Shown: positions 12,526-22,583 of the stretch, piece after piece
Position numbering within the stretch: the first letter of the stretch is position 1
Layout of the letters: every line of letters starts with the position of its first letter
Notes under the pieces: generated by a model
What the model was told of the DNA's origin: nothing
What the model saw: the letters and a program-made list of their open reading frames with translations, nothing else
Databases searched by the model: none
Source of the DNA: Eledone cirrhosa
Taxonomy: Eukaryota
NCBI GenBank assembly: GCA_964016885.1
Contig: OZ024743.1
Location: 351,850,001 to 351,914,000 of the forward strand
DNA: 64,000 nt
Direction: 5' to 3'
Program-made: the position numbers and the translations under genes

Positions 12526-12879
12526 ATATATATACGGGTGTGGGTGTATATATATATATATATATAGATGTGTCATCATCATCATCATCATCACCGTTTT
12601 ACGTCCGTTCTTCCACGCTAGCATGGGTTAGACGGGTTGTCCTGTTGTGGGCAGTGTCTGGTCGGCTGACCATGCCTTGCTCATACAGGAACTGATCTGG
12701 CTTGATTTCTACAGCTGGATGCCCTTCCTAACACCAACCTCATTTACAGTGAGTGCTGGGTGCTTTTTCGTGGCGCCTACACGTCCACTTTACAGTGTGG
12801 GCTGGGTGCTTTTTTGCCGTGGCACCTCCACGACCACCTTGCGGTGGGGGGGGGGGGGGGGGCATATTGTTTATATGCT

Positions 12880-15800
12880 TCAGCATGTACCCATGGGAGG
12901 TCGGGTACCCTGTATTACTGCGTGACGCCAGAAGTCACGGTCGTGTGTCATTGACTTTGAGAGGTGTAGTTGGGTAAGGTCGGCTTTTATCACCTCATCC
13001 CAAGTCATCTTGGGTCTCCCCACTCCGCGGTTTCCATCAACTTCTAGTGCTCTGCACCTTTTTATGCAGCTGTCATCCTTCATACGCATCACATGTCCAT
13101 ACCAGCGTAACCGCCTCTCCTGCACGCAGCATTTGATTCCTCTTATGCTCAGTCTCTCTCTCAATTCATTTATGCTTTGTCGTTCACGTATATTACTGTT
13201 ACACATCCATCGGAGCATGCAGGCTTCGTTTCTCTCTAATCTACGTAAGTCTTCCACCTTCAGCGCCCAGGTCTCACTACCATGCAACATCGCTGTTCGG
13301 ATACACGCATCATACAGTCTGCCTTTCATTCTGAGGGAGAAGCCTTTTGCAGCTAGCAGTGGTAGTAGTTCCCTAAACTTCTTCCATCCCGTTCTTACCC
13401 TAGTTATTGTACTTTCTGAGCACCCACCTCCGTTGCTAATTCGGTCACCTAGGTAGCAGAAGCTGTCTACTGTTTCTACAGGGCCCTCCCAGAGATTGGT
13501 GGTACTTGTTTCCTGTGGCTGTTTGCTTGCTGTTTCAGCACAGCTGCTGCATGTGAATCCTACATTCTTAATTAAGCTTCCTGAGATCCCGCTACATCTC
13601 TTGTGTACCCATTGTTTGCATTTGGGGCAAAGAATGGAGTTCCTACCTACACCTTTCCTACATACTGAGCAAGGCCATTTCCCTGAGGGGATCTGGGTTC
13701 TGTTTTCTCGTCTACTTATAAGGACCTTAGTCTTTGTCATGTTGACTTTGAGGCCCTTTCTCTCTAGTCCCTGCTTCCAGGTTTGGAATTTATTCTCTAG
13801 TTCTACCATAGATTCAGCTATGAGTGCGAGGTCATCAGCATACAGGAGTTCCCATGGGCATCCGGTCTTAAACTCCTCCGTTATTGCCTGCAGGACTATG
13901 ATGAACAGGAGAGGGCTAAGAACAGAGCCCTGGTGGACCCCAACCTGTACGCTAAATTCCTCGCTATACTCATTGCCAATCCTAACTTTGCTGACTGCTC
14001 CCCTATACATGGCTTGTACCGCTTTCACAAGCCATTCATCTACTCCTAGTTTTCTAAGAGCCCACCAGATTACTGCACGTGGAACTCTGTCAAAGGCTTT
14101 CTCAAGGTCGACAAATGCCAAGTAGAGTGGCTTACTTTTAGCTAGGTACTTTTCCTGTAATTGCCTCACAAGGAAGAGCGCATCAGTGGTGCCTTTCCCT
14201 GGAACAAACCCAAATTGCATCTCGTCTATATTCACCCGGTCCCTAATCAGCTGTGCTATAACTCTTTCTGTTACTTTCATGACCTGGTCCATCAACTTTA
14301 TACCTCTATAGTTTCCTCTATCTAGTGCATCGCCTTTACCTTTGTAGCAGTTGACAATGATGCTACTGCACCAATCTTTTGGTATGGCCCCCTCTAGTAT
14401 TACCTGGTTAACGATACGTGTGGTTATAGTGTGACCTACAGACCCAGATGCCTTCAGCATCTCGGCAGCTATACCCGATGGACCGGTTGCCTTCCCTATC
14501 TTCATATCTCTGATTGCCTTACTTACTACGCTGCCGCTGACTTGTACTGCTGGTCCCTCTATAGGGTCTACGTGGGGTAGGGTCTCTTCTTCCCATGCAT
14601 TCTCCTCATTTAGTAATCTATCATAATGACTCTTCCATGCATCTTTCTTCTCAGCACTTGTGAGGGCAAGCTCACCTTTATCATTCCGGATACACTTCTC
14701 TCCAATGACATCACAACTATCTCTGACACACTGCCTCGCAATCTTGAATACCTCCTGTTTCTGGTCCTCACGTTGTAAAACATGCTTGAATTTTCTATCC
14801 TCTGCTTCCCTCCTAGCTAAGTATACTTGTCGCCTAGCTTCCCTCTTGGTCTCTATGTAATGTACCCTGCTCCCCCCGTTCTTCCATTCTTTCCATGCCT
14901 GTCTCTTGGCCTTGACTGCTTCATCTACCTTATTGTTCCACCACCAAGTCACTCTCCTCCTGCTTGAGGTCTTACTCCAGCCACAAACCTCATCCGTCGC
15001 CTCTAGTAAGTTATTTTTTAGGAACTCCCAGTTCTCTTCTACGTTAAATGTCTCTATCTGTTCTTCTTTACTGTCGTAGGCGTTGAGTAAAATATCTTTA
15101 AATCTGTTACTGGTTGAGGGGACTTTCAGCTTCCAGATCTTTCTTCTCCAGGTTGGCCTCTGTTTCAGGGCTCGTCTAGTTCTGACCGTGAGGTCGCTGA
15201 CAACTAAGCTATGTTGGGATGTACATTCCTCACTAGGGAAGGCTTTTGTGTTTACGACCGTCCATCTGTCACGTCCTCTGATGAGGATAAAATCTAACTG
15301 ACTAGAGTGCTCCCCTGATCTATAGGTGATCAGGTGGTTGTCGGGTTTTTTAAAGTTTGTGTTACATATCGACATGTCATTGGCGTCGCAGAATTCTAGA
15401 AGTCTGAATCCTTCCTCATTCCTTGTGCCAACTCCATGGCCTCCATGTACTCTATTGAAGCCGTCGCAGTGTTTACCTACGTGTCCGTTAAAATCTCCTG
15501 CAATGATTAGGAAGTCCTTGTCGTCTGTTAGAGCAGTAGTGTGTATTAGGGACTCGTAAAACCTATCCTTAAGTTCGTCTGGCAGCCCCGATTGGGGTGC
15601 GTAAGCTGATATTATTGTGGTAATTGTCTTATTCAGGACTAGTCTGAGTTTAATGATTCTTGCATTTACCCTGTACACTGAGATTACTTTATCTACCCAC
15701 TTGTCAGCTAATAGTATACCTACACCACCCATCCCATCGTCATTTCCCACCCAGAAAAATTTGTAGCACTGGCTTTTTCCTACAAGGACTCTAGCAGACC

Positions 15801-15999
15801 CTCCTCTCCATCTAGTCTCTTGCACACAGCATACATCAACTTCCTTTCGCTCTAGCATTTCTACGATTTCTCCTGCTCTTCCTTTCATTGAGCCTACATT
15901 GATGGTACCAACTCGGAGTTTTGGGCATTTGTCGACACTCGTAGGGGAGGGTCTCTGGGTTGGCGCTTCACGTGGGTGCTTGGTAGCTCGCAGATTCAT
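12880..15999 (-). CDS. RTE LINE polyprotein, 1039 aa: AP endonuclease + reverse transcriptase + PHD-like finger
   Basis: Uninterrupted ATG-initiated ORF. APE motifs GTINVGSM, QETRW, AYAPQ, GDFNGHVG, LDFIL, SQH. RT motifs NYRGIKL, QFGF, FVDLEKAFDRV, GVHQGSVLSPLLF, LYADD. RTE C-terminus RLRWYGHVMRM..GRPKMTW. Confidence 0.95.
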   Translation of the reverse strand: MNLRATKHPREAPTQRPSPTSVDKCPKLRVGTINVGSMKGRAGEIVEMLERKEVDVCCVQETRWRGGSARVLVGKSQCYKFFWVGNDDGMGGVGILLADKWVDKVISVYRVNARIIKLRLVLNKTITTIISAYAPQSGLPDELKDRFYESLIHTTALTDDKDFLIIAGDFNGHVGKHCDGFNRVHGGHGVGTRNEEGFRLLEFCDANDMSICNTNFKKPDNHLITYRSGEHSSQLDFILIRGRDRWTVVNTKAFPSEECTSQHSLVVSDLTVRTRRALKQRPTWRRKIWKLKVPSTSNRFKDILLNAYDSKEEQIETFNVEENWEFLKNNLLEATDEVCGWSKTSSRRRVTWWWNNKVDEAVKAKRQAWKEWKNGGSRVHYIETKREARRQVYLARREAEDRKFKHVLQREDQKQEVFKIARQCVRDSCDVIGEKCIRNDKGELALTSAEKKDAWKSHYDRLLNEENAWEEETLPHVDPIEGPAVQVSGSVVSKAIRDMKIGKATGPSGIAAEMLKASGSVGHTITTRIVNQVILEGAIPKDWCSSIIVNCYKGKGDALDRGNYRGIKLMDQVMKVTERVIAQLIRDRVNIDEMQFGFVPGKGTTDALFLVRQLQEKYLAKSKPLYLAFVDLEKAFDRVPRAVIWWALRKLGVDEWLVKAVQAMYRGAVSKVRIGNEYSEEFSVQVGVHQGSVLSPLLFIIVLQAITEEFKTGCPWELLYADDLALIAESMVELENKFQTWKQGLERKGLKVNMTKTKVLISRRENRTQIPSGKWPCSVCRKGVGRNSILCPKCKQWVHKRCSGISGSLIKNVGFTCSSCAETASKQPQETSTTNLWEGPVETVDSFCYLGDRISNGGGCSESTITRVRTGWKKFRELLPLLAAKGFSLRMKGRLYDACIRTAMLHGSETWALKVEDLRRLERNEACMLRWMCNSNIRERQSINELRERLSIRGIKCCVQERRLRWYGHVMRMKDDSCIKRCRALEVDGNRGVGRPKMTWDEVIKADLTQLHLSKSMTHDRDFWRHAVIQGTRPPMGTC

Positions 16000-16313
16000 A
16001 TTTCATCTATTGATTCAGAGTTGCTCGTGTATTCCCAGCTCATCCATCCATAACGGTGGGAAAATTGAGGGCTAGAAGGACAGTGGTGGTGGGGTAATGG
16101 CAGGGTGTGTTGGGATGCGCCAGAGGAGGAGAGAGTTAGTTAGGCAGGTAGTAGCAGCAGCAGCAGTGGAAATGGCATGCTAGGTTTGATTGGTCGAATA
16201 GACTATGGTGGTGTGTGGGGGTGGGGGGGAGGGAAATTGTGAGGTAGGAACTGAGGGTCGCATGGTAAATATCCAAGTTAATACTACATCAGTAAAATTA
16301 ACAATAATAACGT

Positions 16314-16610
16314 CATGAAAAAAGCTACTAAGAGAAACCCTCGAAAATTTATCGCTAATACAGCAGGGAAAATTTAACGCTAATACAGCAGGGAACATCA
16401 TAATATTAACGACATGAAAAAGCTACTAAGAGAAACCCTCGAAAATTTATCGCTAATACAGCAGGGAAAATTTAACGCTAATACAGCAGGGAACATCATA
16501 ATATTAACGACATGAAAAAGCTACTAAGAGAAACCCTCGAAAATTTATCGCTAATACAGCAGGGAAAATTTAACGCTAATACAGCAGGGAACATCATAAT
16601 ATTAACGACA
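16314..16610. repeat. 3 tandem copies of a 98-bp unit upstream of the RTE-A ORF
   Basis: gctactaagagaaaccctcgaaaatttatcgctaatacagcaggg starts at 16324, 16422 and 16520. Confidence 0.9.
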
Positions 16611-16977
16611 ATATGTAGGCTAAAATACCTTCGTAGATTAGGTGGATGGCTGGCTGGGAAAATTTGAATCAGCTCTAGTGGTACATTTTAGCAGAGAAGA
16701 ATGGCAAAGTGTCTTATCTCTTCAATATTTTCAGATTGAATGAATTAGGTTAAAGACAGGGTAGTAAGCCTTAAAGAAGTGCATAGAGGGGGGGGGGGGG
16801 GGTAGGAACTGAGGGTCGCATGGTAAATAACTGAGAGAGATACAATAGGATTAGAATACCGCATGGTAAATATCCAAGTTAATAAGTTAATACTACATCA
16901 GTAAAATTAACAATAATAACGTCATGAAAAAAGCTACTAAGAGAAACCCTATGTATATATATATGTATATATATATG

Positions 16978-17009
<32 letters not shown>

Positions 17010-17017
17010 TATATGTA

Positions 17018-17357
17018 TCATCATCATCATTTCATTTTACGTCCACTTTTCCCTGCTTGCAAGGGTGGGACGGGAACTGATTCTGGCTTGATTTCTACAG
17101 CTGGATGCCCTTCCTAACACCAACCTCATTTACAGTTAGTGCTGGGTGCTTTTTTGCCATGACACCTCCACGACCACTTTGCAGTGGAATGATAGGGAAC
17201 CCAGTCCCTATCATCTCATTTCTACAGCTGAGTAAACTGAAGCAATGTGAAATAAAGTGTCTTGCTCAAGGAAACAACACATCACCCGGTCTGAGAATTG
17301 AACTCACAACCTTTCGATTGCAAGGCCAATGCTCTAACCACTAAGCCATGTGCCTCC
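17018..17357 (-). mobile_element. tRNA-derived SINE with an RTE-derived 3' tail
   Basis: Minus strand: ggaggcacatggcttagtggttagagc (A box), gagttcaattc (B box), tccttgagcaagacacttta core, then RTE 3'-UTR sequence (ttaggaagggcatccagctgtagaaa) and (GAT)n. A second copy is at 31662-31995. Confidence 0.8.
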
Positions 17358-17381
17358 ATATATGTATATATATATATATAT

Positions 17382-18200
17382 GCAGGTTGTATGATGCCTG
17401 CATACAAACAGCAATGTTGCATGGCAGTGAGACCTGGGCTTTGTGTGCAGAGGATATACGCAGACTAGAGGGGAATGAAGCTTGCATGCTCCGCTGGATG
17501 TGTAACAGTAATATATGTGAACGGCAAAGCATAAACGAACTAAGGAAAAAATTAGAAAAAAGAGGGATCAGATGTTGTTTACTCGAGAGAAGGCTACGTT
17601 GGTATGGACACGTGATGCGCATGAAAGTCGATAGCTGTATAACAAAGTGCAGGGCAATAAAGATAGACGGAGCCACGGAATAGGCAGACCTAGAAAAACC
17701 TGGGACGAGCTGATAAACTCCGACCTCACACACTTACACCTCTCCAAGACATTGTCACTGGACCGAGACCTTTGGCGGTACTCAGTAACAGAGAAGACCC
17801 GCCTTACCTAAATACATAGTAAAACCTACTACAGCCAGTAGGCATCTCTAACAAATACACCCCGTCCCACCACCCCCACCCCATCCACACCACCCCGTTC
17901 TATGTAAAGTGATGTTGGTGCCGCGCCATCCAGGCCGAAACAAATGAGATCGTGTAGGTGTCACGACAAAAAAACACGCAGTCCACACTGTAATGTCGCC
18001 GTGTAGGCAACACGGTAAAAACCTCCCAGACCCACACTGTAAATGTGGTTGGTGTTAGGAAGGGCATCCAACTGTAGAAAACCTGCCAGACTGTCCTATG
18101 CGAGCAAGACAATCACTCTTGCCTCAAGTGGGAATACCCCCATCCAAACCCATGCAAGCGTGGAACACGGACGTTAAACATTGATGATGATGATGATGAT
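17382..18200 (+). mobile_element. 5'-truncated RTE family B copy (ORF end + 3' UTR + (GAT)n)
   Basis: Reverse complement of 19080-19870; RLYDACIQTAMLHGSETWALCAEDIRRLE. Confidence 0.9.
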
Positions 18201-18297
18201 ATATATATATAGTAATAATAATAAATTTGAAGACTAAAATCCAAAGAGGGCTCGATAAGGATAAATATATATCAAATATATAAGAACCGTAGAGCAA

Positions 18298-18722
18298 ATA
18301 TTTATTAAAATAACAGATTAAAGTTTAAGCAAAGAATCGCTGCTTTCACCCTTAACGGGATCTTCTTAAACTGACAAAGTCAATCTGTAAACGCAGAAGT
18401 GAATATTTCAAAAAACGTTGCAACCGGAGGAAGACAGGAAGACGATACTTTGGTTTGTGGAAACGTTCCCTGGCAAAGAACGGGAAAAAACGAATATAAT
18501 ACGCTCCAAATAATGATGTATTATATTCGTTTTTTCCCGTTCTTTGCCAGGGAACGTTTCCACGAACCAAAGTATCGTCTTCCTGTCTTCCTCCGGTTGC
18601 AACGTTTTTTTAAATATTCACTTCTGCGTTTACAGATTGACTTTGTCAGTTACAGAAGATCCCGTTAAGGGTGAAAGCAGCGATTCTTTGCTTAAACTTT
18701 AATCTGTTATTTTAATAAATAT
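18298..18722. repeat. ~205-bp-arm near-perfect inverted repeat (Penelope-type inverted pseudo-LTR) with a degenerate hammerhead in each arm
   Basis: Arms 18298-18502 and 18518-18722. Right arm agtta-CAGAAGA-t ccc gttaa ggg t-GAAA-gca..tgc-TT-aaact (18648-18698) has hammerhead topology but a mutated CUGA. Confidence 0.8.
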
Positions 18723-18732
18723 ATATATATAC

Positions 18733-19079
18733 TGTTTACTTGAGAGAAGACTACGTTGGTATGGTCACGTGATGCGCATGAAAGACGACAGCTGCATAAA
18801 AAAGTGCAGGGCGATCAAAATTGATGGTAGTTACGGAGTAGGGAGACCCAGAAAAACCTGGGACGATCTGATAAATTCCGACCTTACACACTTGCACCTC
18901 TCTAAGACAATGTCACTGGACCGAGATCTTTGGCGGTATGCTGTAATACAGAAGACCCTCATGAAAGTAACAGAAAGAGTTATAGCACAGTTGATTAGGG
19001 ACCGGGTGAAACTAGATGAGATGCAATTTGGGTTTGTGCCATGAAGAGGCACCACTGATGCCCTCTTCCTTTTGAGACA
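18733..19079 (+). mobile_element. Chimeric RTE fragment: ORF 3' end fused at ~18958 to the mid-RT of a family A copy that resumes at 22584
   Basis: ..RDLWRYAVIQKT|LMKVTERVIAQLIRDRVKLDEMQFGFVP.. Confidence 0.8.
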
Positions 19080-22000
19080 TCATCATCATCATCATCAACG
19101 TTTAACGTCCGTGTTCCACGCTTGCATGGGTTTGGACGGGGGTAGTCCCACTTGAGGCAAGAGTGATTGTCTTGCTCGCATAGGACTGTCTGGCAGGTTT
19201 TCTACAGTTGGATGCCCTTCCTAACACCAACCACATTTACAGTGTGGGTCTGGGAGGTTTTTACCGTGTTGCCTACACGGCCACATTACAGCGTGGACTG
19301 TGTGTTTTTTTGTCGTGACACCTACACGATCTCATTTGTTTCGGCCCGGATGGCGCGGCACCAACATAACTTTACATAGGACGGGGTGGTGTGGATGGGG
19401 TGGGGGTGGTGGTGGTGGGACGGGGTGTATTTTGTTAGAGATGCCTACTGGCAAGGCGGGTCTTCTCTGTTACTGAGTACCGCCAAAGGTCTCGGTCCAG
19501 TGACATTGTCTTGGAGAGGTGTAAGTGTGTGAGGTCGGAGTTTATCAGCTCGTCCCAGGTTTTTCTAGGTCTGCCTATTCCGTGGCTACCGTCTATCTTT
19601 ATTGCCCTGCACTTTGTTATACAGCTATCGACTTTCATGCGCATCACGTGTCCATACCAACGTAGCCTTCTCTCGAGTAAACAACATCTGATCCCTCTTA
19701 TCTCTAATTTTTTCCTTAGTTCGTTTATGCTTTGCCGTTCACGTATATTACTGTTACACATCCAGCGGAGCATGCAAGCTTCGTTCCTCTCTAGTCTGCG
19801 TATATCCTCTGCACACAATGCCCAGGTCTCACTGCCATGCAACATTGCTGTTCGTATGCAGGCATCGTACAACCTGCCTTTCATTTTTAGGGAGAACCCT
19901 TTAGCAGCTAATAGTGGTATAAGCTCTCTGAACTTTTTCCAACCAGTTCTGACTCTAGCTACAGTACTTTCAGAGCACCCTCCCCCACTGCTGATTTTAT
20001 CGCCCCGGTAACGGAAGCTGTCCACTATTTCTATAGAACCCTCTGCGCAATTGAAAGAGCTAGTATTTTGTGGGCACTTGCTGCTACTTATTGCACCAGA
20101 ACACCGGCCACATGTAAAATCTATGTTCTTAGTTAGCTTACCTGTGATCCCACTACATCTTTTATGCACCCATACTTTGCATTTAGGACACAAAATGGAG
20201 TTTCTACCTACGCCTTTCCTACACACCGAGCACGACCATTTCCCAGAAGGGACCGCCGCCTTGTTTTCTTTCCTACAAACTAGAACTTTGGTCTTAGCCA
20301 GGTTAATTTTAAGTCCTTTTGACTCTAGGCCGTGCTTCCATGTTTGGAATTTCTTCTCTAGCTCGGCCATTGATTCCGCTATGAGTGTCAGGTCGTCTGC
20401 GTATAGGAGTTCCCATGGGCAGCCTGTCTTGAACTCCTCTGTTATAGCCTGAAGGGCAATAATAAATAGTAGGGGGCTGAGAACAGAGCCCTGATGGACG
20501 CCAACTTTTACGCTAAACTCTTCACTATATTCGTTGTTAATTCTAACCTTGCTGACTGTTTCTTTATACATGGCTTGTATAGACCTCACAAGCCATTCGT
20601 CAACGCCTAGTTTTCTAAGAGCCCACCAGATAATGGAGCGGGGGACTCTGTCGAAGGCTTTCTCCAAGTCGACAAAAGCTAAGTAGAGGGGTTTACCTTT
20701 AGCTAGGTACTTCTCCTGTAGTTGTCGTACTATGAAAAGAGCGTCTGTGGTACTTTTGCCTGACACAAACCCGAACTGCATTTCATCTAGGTCAATTCTC
20801 TCTCTGATTAGTTGCGCTATTACTTTTTCTGTGACCTTCATGACCTGGTCGATTAATTTAATGCCTCTATAGTTACTCCTATCTAGGGCGTCTCCTTTAC
20901 CCTTATAACAGTTAACGATGATGCTGCTATGCCAGTCCTTCGGAACAACCCCATTCTGTACGACTTGGTTAACTATGCGGGTGACCATGGTGTGTCCCAC
21001 CGTGCCAGATGCCTTCAGCATCTCAGCAACTATTTCCGAAGGCCCAGCCGCCTTACCAGTCTTCATATCCTTGATTGCCTTACTTATTATACTCCCCTCG
21101 ACTAACACTGCTGGTCCCTCTATTGGGTCGACATGGGGGAGACTGTCTTTCTCCCATTTATTCTCCTCATTTAGTAGCCTTTCATAGTGACACTTCCAAG
21201 CTGCCTTCTTATCAGTGTCGGTGATGGCAAGTATGCCATCATCGTTAAGTACACACTTCTCCCCGACAATATCACGGTTTTCCTTGACGCATTGCCTAGC
21301 AATCCTGAACACCTCACGTTTTTGGTCATCGCGTTGTAGGACATGCTTGAACTTTCTTTCCTCAGCTTCCCTTCTTGCTAAGTACACTTCTCTCCTAGCT
21401 TCCCTCCTGGCCACTTGATAGTCTACTCTACTTCCCCCATCCCGCCATACTTTCCAAGCCTGCTTTTTGGCCTTAATTGACTCCTCCACCTTACTGTTCC
21501 ACCACCATGTTACTCTCCTCCTGCCTACAGGCCTGCTCCAGCCACAGACTTCGTCTGTGGCCAACAGCAGGTTTGCTTTCAGAAATTCCCACTGTCCCTC
21601 TATATTGTCCGACTCTAAGTGTTCTTCCTTACTGTCGAAAGCATCAAGTAATATGTTTTGAAATTTATTTTTGGCTGTGGGGTCCTTTAGTTTCCATATT
21701 TTTCTCCTGAGGATAGTCCTCTTCTGCTGTCGAGTACGTCTCGACCTGACTATGAGGTCGCTAATTATCAGTCTATGTTGGGAGGTGCATTCTTCATGGG
21801 GGAGGGATTTAGTGTTTACAACAGACACTCTGTCACGTCTTCTGGTAAGGATATAATCTACCTGGCTTGTGTGTTCCCCGGATCTATAGGTGATCAGGTG
21901 ATTGTCACGTTTTTTGAAGTTAGTGTTACAGATAGTTAGGTTATTTGCATCACAGAATTCCAGGATTCTGGAGCCTTCCTCATTTCTAGTACCAAACCCA

Positions 22001-22583
22001 TAGCCTCCATGGATTTCGTCGTAGCCGTCACAATGTTGCCCAACGTGACCATTTAGGTCGCCTGCAATAATTATATAGTCACTGTCAGATATTTGGGAGG
22101 TAGTGAGCATCAGTGTCTCATAGAATCTGTCTTTTATAGTGCCGGGCAGTCCGGATTGGGGTGCATACGCAGATATTACTGTCACCGTAGTTCTATTGAG
22201 GACAAGTCGTATTTTAATTATTCTGTCGTTCACTCTATTTACGTCTATTATCTTATCCGCCCACTTTTCTGCTACCATGATTCCTACTCCACCCAGCCCA
22301 TCGTCGTTTCCCACCCAGAAAAGCTTATAACATCGTTTTTTACCCTCAATGAATCTAGCAGACCCACCCCTCCACCTGGTCTCTTGAATACAACAAACAT
22401 CGACCTCCTTACGTTCAAGCATTTCTACAACCTCGTTAGCGCGCCCCTTTAGGGTGCCTACATTTATGGTACCAACTCTGAAGTTTTGGATCGCGTTTGG
22501 AGGGTGGGGGTGGTGTGGGGCGGGGGGAGATGGGGTTATGTTAGCCATCCGCGGGCGAAACAAAGAAGAGTGCTCGCATTCTC
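19080..22583 (-). mobile_element. RTE-clade LINE, family B, nested inside a family A copy
   Basis: (GAT)n tail at 19080-19096. GACA occurs at both junctions (19076-19079, 22584-22587), and the host RTE sequence continues across the insertion. Confidence 0.9.
19435..22548 (-). CDS. RTE LINE polyprotein (~1037 aa from ATG 22548): APE + RT + PHD-like finger
   Basis: Uninterrupted ORF with the same motif set as 12880-15999 but clearly diverged. It has FRYRGD where family A has FCYLGD. Confidence 0.93.
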   Translation of the reverse strand: MANITPSPPAPHHPHPPNAIQNFRVGTINVGTLKGRANEVVEMLERKEVDVCCIQETRWRGGSARFIEGKKRCYKLFWVGNDDGLGGVGIMVAEKWADKIIDVNRVNDRIIKIRLVLNRTTVTVISAYAPQSGLPGTIKDRFYETLMLTTSQISDSDYIIIAGDLNGHVGQHCDGYDEIHGGYGFGTRNEEGSRILEFCDANNLTICNTNFKKRDNHLITYRSGEHTSQVDYILTRRRDRVSVVNTKSLPHEECTSQHRLIISDLIVRSRRTRQQKRTILRRKIWKLKDPTAKNKFQNILLDAFDSKEEHLESDNIEGQWEFLKANLLLATDEVCGWSRPVGRRRVTWWWNSKVEESIKAKKQAWKVWRDGGSRVDYQVARREARREVYLARREAEERKFKHVLQRDDQKREVFRIARQCVKENRDIVGEKCVLNDDGILAITDTDKKAAWKCHYERLLNEENKWEKDSLPHVDPIEGPAVLVEGSIISKAIKDMKTGKAAGPSEIVAEMLKASGTVGHTMVTRIVNQVVQNGVVPKDWHSSIIVNCYKGKGDALDRSNYRGIKLIDQVMKVTEKVIAQLIRERIDLDEMQFGFVSGKSTTDALFIVRQLQEKYLAKGKPLYLAFVDLEKAFDRVPRSIIWWALRKLGVDEWLVRSIQAMYKETVSKVRINNEYSEEFSVKVGVHQGSVLSPLLFIIALQAITEEFKTGCPWELLYADDLTLIAESMAELEKKFQTWKHGLESKGLKINLAKTKVLVCRKENKAAVPSGKWSCSVCRKGVGRNSILCPKCKVWVHKRCSGITGKLTKNIDFTCGRCSGAISSSKCPQNTSSFNCAEGSIEIVDSFRYRGDKISSGGGCSESTVARVRTGWKKFRELIPLLAAKGFSLKMKGRLYDACIRTAMLHGSETWALCAEDIRRLERNEACMLRWMCNSNIRERQSINELRKKLEIRGIRCCLLERRLRWYGHVMRMKVDSCITKCRAIKIDGSHGIGRPRKTWDELINSDLTHLHLSKTMSLDRDLWRYSVTEKTRLASRHL

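Larger units (their letters stand above)
12575..16950 (-). mobile_element. Full-length RTE-clade LINE, family A
   Basis: (GAT)n 3' tail (catcat on + at 12574-12593) next to (TA)n, ~300-bp 3' UTR, single long ORF, and ~950 bp of upstream sequence with internal repeats ending at (TA)n near 16950. The 5' limit is inferred. Confidence 0.85.

Noticed and set aside
17270-17357. tRNA gene (also 31910-31995 and 41085-41164)
   Set aside because: A/B boxes are present, but there is no proper acceptor stem or T-terminator and the sequence continues into a SINE body.
18430-18485. Second hammerhead-like motif in the palindrome arm (ggaaga..GAAA-cgttc..gaacg)
   Set aside because: It lacks CUGA, and no UH cleavage site follows the stem.
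13010-22452. Plus-strand ORFs overlapping the RTE ORFs
   Set aside because: Antisense shadows of the RT reading frames with no independent motifs.
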